A program made the position numbers and the translations under genes. Of a stretch of DNA of 64,000 nt, positions 23,069 to 35,000 are shown piece after piece. The DNA comes from Daphnia carinata (lineage: Eukaryota): NCBI RefSeq assembly GCF_022539665.2, contig NC_081331.1:1798001-1862000 (forward strand), in the 5' to 3' direction. Within the stretch, counting starts at the first letter, position 1. Every line of letters starts with the position of its first letter. The notes under the pieces are model-generated. The model ran no database searches, was not told where the DNA came from, and saw only the letters and a program-made list of their open reading frames with translations.

Positions 23069-26000
23069 CTGCACGACCCACCGCCCGAAGACATTGCAAC
23101 GTCGGAGTCGCTACATGAAATCCATTGCACCAAGCACGGACTGATCAATGCCGAGACGGCCATGACCCTTGCTGTTCACCGCCTATTGAGTTCGATCCAG
23201 CGCATGAATCCGCCTGGCCAGTCAACAGACAAAGCTGCCAAGGCCGTCTTCTATCTATCAAAGGCGAGTAGATTTGTCAATATTGCCCTTTTTTACTCCT
23301 CGCTGATTTTTTGCCAATGTTCGTCGTGTAAGCGAACCTTGACTCTTGCTCCATCACATTATTTTGTCTTGTTTCCCGTCTATGAATTGCGGAGACGGGG
23401 GAGGGGGACACTAAAAGGACATTTGACATTCATTATGTACGCGAGTATGTTTTTCTAGTATGTTAGGGCCGAGGCAGACGAGAGAATGGCTCGTAATAAT
23501 TCGGAGAACTGATGATCTTTTTAGCGTGCACTTGATGTAGTTTTCTAATTCACACACGAAAGTAGGAGAAAAATTTCAGCAAGCGCCAGGGAAACTGATG
23601 GAACCATAATGCCTTTTTGATGCGCAATGAAAAAAAAAATGTAGGTCTACGAGGCTCGTTATCAAAAATTGCCTTCTCTAATATCGATCGTCTTTGCTGC
23701 CTTGGAAAGGGATACACTATCCGTAAAAATGATTACACGGAACAGCATCAAAGGAGAGATAGAAAGCTAGAAAGTGCAATAATCAGTCCGCGTACTCTGC
23801 CGTTATACGGGATGGAGAAATGTCGGACATAAGGTTGCAGTGGAGCTCGCTTTAATGCGTTATTACGCAATTTGAGAACCTTGTTCCCAATCTCTTGATT
23901 TATGGGCAGTTTCTCTCAAAGTAGATGAGGGCTGCTACTTCAAACTTTTTCGACATTCAATTCTACGTTTATTTAGTCACGGTTGATTTTTTTAAGCAAA
24001 CATCTAACACGGATTGCAAGCCTAGATGATGCTCTTGAAGAAGGTCTATAAAACTATGGACATTTTGTTCATGCTATCGGAGCTGGAACAGGTCAAAGTC
24101 CTTGAACGAACCAAGAGTGGAGTAGTGTTTATTATTACTATCTGTACGGTACGCCGGCGAAATTGGATTACGCATTTGTAATAATAATACAGCTATGGGA
24201 GTTTAGCTTTTTATTCTTATGGTAAGATCTTGTTGGTAATAAATGTGCATGACAAACGCACAAAGATTCTCAGCAACGAAAATTTCCTCAGCGCGTTTGC
24301 ATATCATACTTTTAATCCGTCTGTTTGGTAAGACTTCACAACACGCCACCCCTGTACGAGTTTCCTAATTTTTGACGGGGATAGGTTTACAATAAAACGC
24401 CGATAGTAGTTTTTTAGATTTAAACAAAGAAGTTTTAAAAAATTTCTTGCTAATTAAATTGGATCAACTTTAAGAATTAAGGAGCAATGTCCTCCCCGCC
24501 AGATCAAGAAAATTTCCTTCTTGCACACAGGATTTTTTCAATCATCCGATATAGAAGGAAATGTACTAAACATGTTACTTACGCGTTAAACTAACGTGTG
24601 ACGTTCGATGTCACAAAACTGGCGAACTACCAATATATCTACGTATCGTGCGCGTTGCAATACACGCCCTTGTCTAGTAATGTAAAAATGGTAGCGCCTA
24701 GCTCCTCTATATCTAACAACTTCTTCTCGTATTGCAGTTGGAGAAAATGGGAGAGAAGCACATTGACTATATGATCATGACCCACCAGCTGCGCTCACTC
24801 AACATCCATGCCACGCCTTTGATGATTGCTTCCGAGGTGAGTGAGATCCCGCATCTCGAAGCATCATCTTGCGACCCGTTTTCCCAGGACGTCCTCATTC
24901 TGCGACACATAGCTTTCTCATCCTAACACGATCAATAAGCAGCTGTCGCGTGTGCGTACCGAATCCTAAAGTTTTTGTTTGTTTGCTTGTTTTCAAAAAC
25001 AGAGCGCTGCCCTTTTTTTCCCCCATTTCCCTTTGTTGTATCAATCGTTTCTTGGTTTTAAGGACGCCAATTGACTAGGAATCGTGGCGATGGTTGGGAA
25101 CATTGTGACGTTTGATCTCCATCAGAAGCTGTGCATTGAATTCTTAAGTAAACTGGGGCACACGTCACCTGACTCGACAAAAACTGTTCGTAGAAAAAGA
25201 GGGTCCCCTTTAGTTTAACAGTTGGCATTTTTTCGTCTTACGATATTATTTAATAGATATTTAGGCTTTTGCCGTAAAAGCTGTTTTCTAAAATTTTGGG
25301 AACTCTTTCTTGTTCAATGCCGGTGACGTGCGTTAGCTGCACAAGTTGAAGAAACTACTGGATCACGTCACTGAGCACTTACAATCCGTCGTCACGGCTT
25401 CGCAGAAAGGATCTGCCGATCACGAGGTTCTCTCGGACCAATATCATAGCGTTTTCACGGTAAGAGATAGCAACGAGGATTCCTATCTATACATACTATT
25501 ATTGCTTATCTTGGCCGACGATGTATGTATGATGGATGACGTCGATCGTCCTCTTTTCTTCTCCTTTTTCGTTCTATTCCCAACTTTTACTGATTCACCA
25601 TATGACGCGACGCCAGCATTTGGATGAGATTTGCGGGTTTCTGAAAACGCTGAATCAGCAAGTGAAGATCGAAGATCGTGTCGACTACTTTCTCGAAGCC
25701 TTTCAGGTCAGCGTAATATTTAGAGACTGCCAATCGTTTCATTTGTTCGCAATCCTTGGTGAACTACCAAGCATTATTTCCTGTCATTTCCAATTCAGGT
25801 TTCACTTGACAAGTTTCATCTGAAAGCTCAAGAACTTTTCTGCCCGGTCGATTATATCCGTCTCGATCTAGTACATGTCGGCAAACAGCAACAACAGCAA
25901 ACGATAGTCTACGCTGCTACAATCCGCCAGGTACAGATGTTTTTACGATTGTGATTAGTATATGTGTCTTGTCCAGGTTCCTACAGATACGCGAATAATA

Positions 26001-29000
26001 TTATGAAATCCTTTTCTCGCCATCGCGTAGCCCAAATTGCATTCAAATATCAACGATGGCTGTCTACTGCATCAGGGCTTTCTATGGAAACGGAACGGCT
26101 CTTTGGAGACACGTTTCTGGGCCCTACTCTTTACCGACTCTCTGCTGCTCACCCACGTAAGCAAGACATTATTTGTTTTTCTACGTTCCAAGTTCTTCCA
26201 GACCCATTTGTTCCTGTCTAAGAGGGGTGTCCATTTTTTACTAACAATATTGCCAAGTCTTTTTCTGTAAATCTTTCCTTTTTTTTTCTGGCGAACGCCA
26301 AGTAAGGTAGAAAAGTGGCTTGCCATGGGAGCGATTCTTTTATGTTTGGTTCGTTTTTCTTTTTCTGCCCTTTTATCGTCTACTAAGCTATCGATTATAA
26401 TTAACTTATACGGAAAGGTAAAGTCTTCTCGCATTAAGATTTCGCAGTGTTTGGGTGGCACAAGAACTATTGCCAATACAATGAAATTGGCAATGGAAAA
26501 TGAGTTAGCCATCCAAGCGCCGTTAAGTATACGAAGGCGAAACTTGACATCCCTTAATTTTGTAATGCCCACTAATGATCACTAAGACCTTGGAAATGCT
26601 TGGTTGAAATCATTTGTTTAAAAATTTTGTTTTAGTATTTTTAACCCTGAAATGAAAATCAAAGTATGTCCTTGAGAAGATATCTAACCGCCTAACTTAA
26701 TGTCTTCGTCCTATTGGTGGGGTGGGTACGATATTATTTTGAAAACTGGGAGGACAGGTGTTGGTTTCTACCATAGGCAAGGCATTGAGAAGATCACCGT
26801 GCCTCCACTTTCCGCAGGCAAAAGGGACGTTCGTGGAACAGGTTACCTTTTTTTTTTCAACTGCGTTGAATGCAAAATATGTAGCTCATCCTCTAGTACT
26901 CTAAACAGGCGGAGGTATGGTCTGAAATCTTGCAGAAATGTGTCGTTTTCAGTCAGTACCGATTTTGTCGTATTCGAAAGCGGTCGTTTCTTGGAAACTT
27001 GTGACTTTAACGTCTTACTTTTTTTTTTGTGTGTGCACTTGTCGCCGGGTTTACGAAAAAACATTCTCGTTATTGTTTTGTGCCCCCCACATCAGGTGAA
27101 CAATGGCGTTCATTTCGTGGAGGAAGAGCCTATCCTGCTGTGCAACATGGTCCGTCTCCTGGCTGCTGAGAATCAGTTGAGTGAGTTGCGTTTATTGTTT
27201 TGTCATGGTTCGTGTAATACGGAGCTAGTTGTATTTTCTACTTTTCTTTTTTCTCTCCCCCCCCCCCCCCCCCCTGTTTTCCAAGTTATGTTCCTTCTCT
27301 GTTTTCGGCTCTATTGTCCTGAGTCTCGCTATTTTTTATCATGTATCGATTATTTAATGCCCTTGCCTTTGTGTCGGGCCATCTAAACTCTTATCTTTAG
27401 TTTCTCGTCTAGTGGCAACAAAGGCATTTTATTATTATTGGGGCCAAAAAATTTGTATGCATGGTCGATAGTTTGCGATCAAACATAACTAATTGAGAAG
27501 ATGAAGTGCTGTTGTCAACAGATACAATGAGACGTAATAATTTCCTGCAATTTTTCAATTTGTGCGTATACATATCTATAATAAACTTGTTTGCCTTCAT
27601 TTCCATGTTTTTACGTCCGCATTATAGGCTAGACATTATATTCTTCATCGTACGATTTGCTAAGGGATTTAAGTCTTCTCAGAGTGTGTTGAATGGCTAA
27701 GTGGAGATGCACTAACGGCCCGATTCTGTTTCTGTGCTGTGCGCACCATCTGTCTTGACGTAAATCTCGTAGTTGTTATGCGAACCAATTGTTGAACGTC
27801 CCCAAGTTTCACTCTCTCATACAATCCTATATCCGTACTTTTGTATTTGCAGATCCGTCTTTTCGTTTGGTGTATCGAGCGACAGACAAAACACGCATCG
27901 GCAAAGTATCAGTTTATCTCGGCTGTTCTACTGTCACGATGCGAGCTGAAGGCCGAACGCAGAAGCTTACGTGGGTCGATCTCATCCGTCGTCAAATGTA
28001 AGTTGCAATCCCAAGGTTATTTCTTAAATCGCGAAACAACACATAACACATTTGCGGCCCTTTGTAGAAGCAAGCAAAATCAAACAATGGATGTGTCTTT
28101 GTCTAGCAGCCAGCTAACAAATAGCTCTGCGTGTGATTAATGATTGCAAGTGTACTAACATAGACGCACGCGTTCTTTGCAAATCTAAGGGATGAATTGC
28201 AGAACCGGGAACATTGTTGGAACGCGGCCAGTTTGTGCGATAAGAACGAGATAGGGGAACACCGGCAGGGGCAGGACAACAACAGCAACCGAAGCGGACG
28301 AGGAAATGCCATAGGAATATTGCGGCGCGTTCGTCGCTGCCTATCTACAGGCGCTATCTCGATTCCGGCGTCGATGACGTTAGCGCGATCGTCGTCGACG
28401 TTGCCCCCAAAGACGACAATCGCGACGACTTTCTACCAGAGCTATTCTTGCGACGATCTTTACTTGGTCTCCGACTTGACACCTGGCAAATTCAATTCAA
28501 GCGAAACCATTACCGAGCAAGAGCACGAATTCGCCGCTGCAGACGAACACCAACAGCCGGATGTGGAAGCTTCTGGGCTTGTGTTTCACGACATCAGCCT
28601 TGGCAATCCAGTTGATGTGGTATGTGCATCCTTTTCTCTTACTACACGTAATCGATGGGCGAGTATTAGGCATCGGTGTGGAGTACCGTGTGCACGTATT
28701 TAGATGCGCTATGTCACACGAGCCTTTTCTTTTCGTGTTATGCTATTATGCCCCGGTGGCAACTTTCCGTCTATTTTGTTTTGTTTGGTCTGAAAATTTA
28801 TTTTAGAAGCGCATGGGATAAGGCGACGTGTTTAGAATGGTGGCATTCGATCTTTTTTCTGTGCGCTAAAAAGTTCAAAGCCATCCGTTTGTAAAGCGGT
28901 TTTTATGAAGCGAAGCGCGTCACGTCAAGCTGCTAGACGAAGTGAACCGAAGCCAAGTCGTTGGCATTTTGTTCTCAGTGCATTGCAAAGGAAACGCCTC

Positions 29001-32000
29001 AGCACGTGTGTGTGGTCTTGCCAGCTATTGGGCGTGCAATTTTTTGTTTCTTCCCACAAAGTAATCTTCTCCGGCTCTTTTTTTTCCCCCCTACCTAGTC
29101 TGGGTTTATGTGTGCTGGAGTTAGTTAAGTGAAAAGACCTCCTACCAATATAGTTCCACTGGTTAATTGAAGAAAGTTAAACTATGGACTTCATGAAATG
29201 GAATAACTTGCCGCCTTTCACGAAACTTGTATGAAGAAAACGGAGCAGAAATTTCTCTCGGCGGCACGTGACGGCCGGTTTGAACCAGCGAATAGTGCGA
29301 AGAATTGCGTCACCGTGGAAGTTCAAAAAAGAATGGAGATTTGCGACGGAGAATGTGGCAGTTGTAAAAACAAAACACACACACAATGGAGGGAGTTTGG
29401 GGGTGTTGCTGTGTCTGTTTCTTTTGAAGAATTGCAATGACGCTTGTGTTGTTACCCGTGTGGTACGTAGGCGAATGTACAACTCGAATGCCGACATGTA
29501 CGAGCAATCGATGAATGTTGTATCTATGTTCTTTCCTGCCTTTCCGCCTTGATCGATTGATTAATAATATGTTGGCAGAGAGATTATACAGCGCCCTTGA
29601 GCAGAGCACGTACTCGTCTCGGAAGATATACTTTTCGTGTATTAATTAATACCAAATCTCTGGAAACATAATACGGAAATCTCAAAACACGCACGCTCCA
29701 ACCTCATCCGTCGATATACTAATCTCTTTTGAAACTTGGTCGGAATGAAAGGCGTTGATAGAAAAGTGGAGTCTCAAACGTTGTTGCACTTATGTAAGAT
29801 TAAATTGGGATAGAAAAATAATGGGATTGCTTAATATGCCAGACTATTATTCTCCCCTCGAATGAAATGTTTGCACTACGGTACAATTTTGCGCCGATTA
29901 CTCGCTACATGTTTGCATCCTCGAAGCTATTTAGCGAAAAACGTATGCACGGTCTGTGCTGTGAACGTTAATCGCACCGTTTGCATTTCTAGAACGAATA
30001 GTTGTTCTTGCTTTTATGGTCAATCGGTTATTCTTTTCTCCCTGGCTTAAAGTATAATCGACCTCCCCAACAGGATAGGAACGGGATGTTGACATTAATA
30101 AATGTTTTGCGTACCGATAAACCAAATGTTTTCATAAATCAAATTGAGGTACCGTGTTGTAGTAGGAACGCTGGGTTATATTCCTGCATCAAGCACAACA
30201 ATTGATTTATTGTTTTCACTTGTTACATTGTTGTGTTTGGTTCCCAGGGTACATCTATCCCATAAGTATTGGTTTATCTTCGAAGAATTCAACCCGGTTT
30301 CTACAAAATGCACTTCTTCGCTTGCAAGATTACTATCGATGCCTTCATTATTCAATCACGTGTTTTCTCAGAATGTATCTCTTTCTTTGGGATGACGACG
30401 CAAACGAAACGAAACGCGAATGTAGTACTTTTTTAGCTTTTTTCTCGAGGCCTTTTGAAAGGAAGATTTTTTTTTTCAGATCCCCTAGTACAATGCATCT
30501 TGTTGCTCTGAGCGTGTTTTCGCCATTGATACAGGGGAATTTATGGCACGTGCCAATCATTAGATGGATGCTGAAAAGTACTCATTAGAAAATTGACAAG
30601 TTTCTGGAATCTTTCACGAAAATTCCTGTAACGCAATCAATCATGCACGCCGCCCAATTTTTTCGCGTTGAAATCGTGTGGAATTATACGATTTTATATT
30701 TTGGAAAACAGCTTGACTCCCTTTATTAGAGGATCAGCCGTTCAAACAGAATGCTGATTGCGACTCAGTTTTCCTGCTCTCCTCGTACGAAGGAAATTCA
30801 ATTAGCTACGTCTGTAATCAAACGGAATCGTTCCTTCTCTGTTGGTCTTTCCTGTTTAGTCCAATTCCTTTTCTATTGCGACCTCCATAGGAATCCCAAC
30901 ATTTACTTTTTTATACTTTATGTTGCCCAGTGCGTTGTTTGCCGTAAATCGAATACTACAGGTTAAGATAGCAACAGAGTGATAGTCATCTCATTTCGTT
31001 TTATCCAAGCATCATCTAGCCGTTGTGCGTTACATTGTATCGAATAGAATTTGTGGAGGTATATAGGTAGGGCATGATCAGATGATCGCTTGTGTTCCGT
31101 TTCCTGGACGACTGATCTATAGCCTGGCCAGCACGGTTAATAAACGAAACACCCCGCCCTTTTCAACCTGTTTTTTTTTTATCTTCTATGATAGACCCAA
31201 GCTCATAGGCTCTATTGTAATTTCCTTTTTGCTTTTTATGTAGAGTAAAATAGTGTTGCAGTGTCCCCGCATATAGAGACGAATCAAAAAGCAATCTCAT
31301 GATGGCACCCCGCTGCGAAGGCAGCTACCGTGGCTTCCTATGCCGCAATTCGTTGTCGTTTGTATTACTAGCGACAGGAAGTGCTCTGACATTTCCCGTC
31401 GGAGTCCTCATGGTTTGGCTCTATGCGCAGGACATGCTACTGAGACACCAAACATGAGAGAGAGAGCTACATATTCCATTTTGCCTGAATCCCAAGGTTC
31501 CGAAATTCCTACACCGCAATTATAGCGGGAAAAAAAACAAAAGCAGCAACAATCGCTTTGACGTCACGCTTTGACGCCCTTCTTTCCGTCTCGTCTGTAA
31601 AAGCCAGACCGATAGGCATATAGGCCGATATTGTGTGTGTGTGACATGAATTTTTTACGTAGGGACAATTTGTGTAGACTATTAATCTTTAGCTACCAAT
31701 GGGACCGCACCGTCCTGGCGGAACAGTCCGGTTTCTGCTTAAATAGTGTTTTCGGCATTACATTGAAGCCCATGCTGCCAAAGTCTCGTTTTAACGAAAG
31801 ATAGGGCAATACCATATCTAGATTAGTTGCTTCGTTAAGTGGCTCGTCAGCACATATCTCCATACATTGCATGCCGGTAATCTAGCAGGATCCAATCTTG
31901 TTCATGTGACGTATGCAATCTTCGCTGCGCAAGTCTATCTATAAGTGTCGTTGATAGATATCGATGATCTAAGCGTTACTAGATTTTGTTGACGTCTCAG

Positions 32001-35000
32001 GGTTAATAAAAATTAGACGATTGACGTAGGTAACCCTGATAACACTGTTTAATGTATATTTATCTCTTTTAGCTGTTTTGTTTACGACGTGTTTCATTTT
32101 ATGGTGCTTTTTAGTTAGTTTTTATAAGTTGTTGACTCTGGACAATGACGTCAGTGAGTGGCCCTTGCCTTTGTTGTGTCTATATGCGCATACCATATCT
32201 CCCATTTATTTTTTCATTTCCATCCAATGTTTAAGAGGCTATCCCGCGTGAACAGACAGTTGTCCTATATCAACGGACTGTGTTTAATCGATGAACTACT
32301 GTCATTTTTTTCCTCTTCAGATTCTTGGTTATTCGGATAACTAATTCTCATTTTCTCTTCAGGACAAGAGTAGCAACGTAAGCATCGAATTTGTGAACTT
32401 GAACGCTGAACCCATCAACGAACAGAACGAACGTCACAACTTTGCAGAACGTTTACGACTGCGACTGTTTAGTCACACAATTGGCAACGGATCGAAGGAA
32501 AAAATTGCCCGGTAAATACGAACATTTGAATAAATTGAAAAAATTTGCATTTGAAAAAAAGGGGGAAATACTAAGGTCATGTCACCGGAAATTCTTCTTA
32601 TAGCAAAATTTTGCTGACGTAATAGCATAGCAACGGTGAACATAGGAGATCAATTGAAACTGAAAAATCATGACATGAAATATTGTGATCCCAATGATTT
32701 GATTTTTTTCCCCCTTTTTTATGCACTTGGCTTTCGTTCGGCCTTCAATGCTTTTGGGGTGTGGGAGCAGAACAGTCGTCAAGGGAAAAAACAGTGGCGG
32801 TGGCGTCGGCGTCGATACATGCCCAACGGGAGGAGAGGAACACGGACCAGGTCGTCAGCGTGTCGGTGCCCAATCGGATTCAGTTCTCCATGTGCCGCAC
32901 CGCACTGCAGACCGCATCCATAGCTGGACTGCCCGTCTCTGCTGCACATTGTTCGACTGTAAATCCAATCAAACATCAGAGGTGAGTCGCTATTGCCCCT
33001 CATTTAATATTTCTATCGGTGATCAAACAGTCAACAGCCAAACTGGGCCATGGCAATACTCACTTTGACTTCGTCGCTTTTGGCTTGGCGGTTAACCGTG
33101 ACGGTTAACCACATTCTCTTATCGTTTAGGCCGTTAGACCCCTACTGAATTTCATAATCAGCTTTTATCGGTTAACATCTTCTTGCGTGCGACCGAAGGA
33201 AACATGTCGTGTTTGGTACTTCGTTTTGGTTCGTTTTAATTGCGCGTATTTAAGAGTGAATGAAAAAAACAGAACGTGTGAACTCTTTGCCTTGGTGGAA
33301 CTAAATTTAGAGGTTTCGTGATTGTTTATCGACTTGGTGTTGCCTGTGATATCTACAACAAGCGCAGCGTTTACTGGGGAGGGGGGTCGGACAAGTGAAA
33401 CAAATCACGGGATGGATTCGCTTTTGTGAGGGGATGTATAAACAGTGGAAAACTATAGAGAAACGCACAGTGAAAAGGTGAATTTATTGAGTTTTCTGTA
33501 GTTGATGAGGTTCGAGGTTAGTGTGAGACTTGTGCAGCCGGTGGAGCGGAAATCAAAAGATCAGGACAGAGGGGTGAAAGAAGGAGCTACGGATTGACGT
33601 CATCCAACTTTCCTTTTTGCTATTTCTGAGGACTTAATGCATAACAAAGTTCTGAACAAAGCAATAGTGGAACTCTTTTTTATTTCGTTTTGTCACGCAT
33701 GTCTAATTTGACAATGAAACAACAAGGCAATTTCTGTAAGGTCTGCAGTGTACAAGCTGAAACAAAGGATGCTTTATACTGGTAAATCTAATGCGATTTG
33801 AGAGAGGGGTAAATCAATGGATAACGAGAACCATATGATTCTTTCCTATTACGGCAGTTCTAGTTTTTTTTTCTATAATCCTTTATTTTTTCTTTGTCTT
33901 CCAATCGGGCAAAAAAGGTAGCACTCACTGGCTAGACTGTGCCATCGATTTCTATTCCAAATATGGGAAAAAAAATTGCGTAACTCGAAGGGCTTTTTCC
34001 GCTCTTTGAGCGCGGCTGCAGGATCCTGCCCGTGTCCAACAGTCTAAATGCGCAATGATATTATTCTTGAAACTCAGACGCAAAAAAAAGTGAAGCAGTT
34101 GGAAAAAAAAATCTTTTCTTTATTTTCTGGATGAAAAAGCAATTTAGTCCCTCGAGCGGTGGAAACCTCCGAGAACCGCCTTGATCCAATAGTTTAGAAA
34201 CGTCAAAAAGACGGCTGTATGCTGGAAAAGATTGACGTCGAAGACGGGAGTTAAAACTTTCCATCTACTAACTTTATTTTTCTCTTTTCTTTTTTTCATA
34301 TTTTTCTCGTCTATTTTCGTGAAACGTTTCACTGACTTGAAGGGCTACTAGCGTCTAACGGACTGCTCGCTTATTCTTGGATAGATCCTAATATCTTTGC
34401 AGGCGGAGGGCTGGTCCTGCAGCTTCATCCAAAATTGAAGGATAGGCCTACCCGCTGTCATTTTTCGTACAAAAAAAAATGTTCCGTAAAAAGCTTGATC
34501 AGGCACGCTACCGTCCTTCACTATTAAAGCCGTTCCTCAACCGCAAATCTGTTGACTGTTTTTTTTTTGCCTGATTTTTAATACGTAGTCTACGGAGCAC
34601 TAAAAGTCGTGGTTGTATGGACCTCTTATTGGATGTTCGTTATATAGCAAGCGCACAGCTTTGTTAACCACATAAACCATCGACCCCTGCCGGTTGGACC
34701 GTAGTAGAGACGCTAAATTGAAAAATCCAATAGACTAAAAAAAGGACGAAACAGAAACAAATCAAGGTCGCTATTTGATTGCATTCTTTTCGTCCACCAA
34801 TCTTAATCCCGAACTTGTTTTCTCCCCTATAACCTCCTACTTGCGGATCTTTCCCTATAACAGCTGTTGTTTACGTATATATCACTGAGACGGCCCGCGT
34901 CACTGGCCCTCCTTAAATAGAGAATATCGTCGCCCGTGTAATAAAGATCGATGAAAAACTGTATCGTCATAGAAAACTACCGATAATCAATTGATTTTCC

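Noticed and set aside
26700..27386. 228 aa ORF as a stand-alone gene
   Set aside because: Only 27096-27180 is bounded by splice sites and fits the PH domain; the rest reads through intronic T and C runs.
28197..28203. TGCAG|28203 as acceptor of the post-PH exon
   Set aside because: It is phase 0 and incompatible with the phase-2 donor at 27997. TAAG|28190, downstream of a TACTAAC branch point, keeps the frame.
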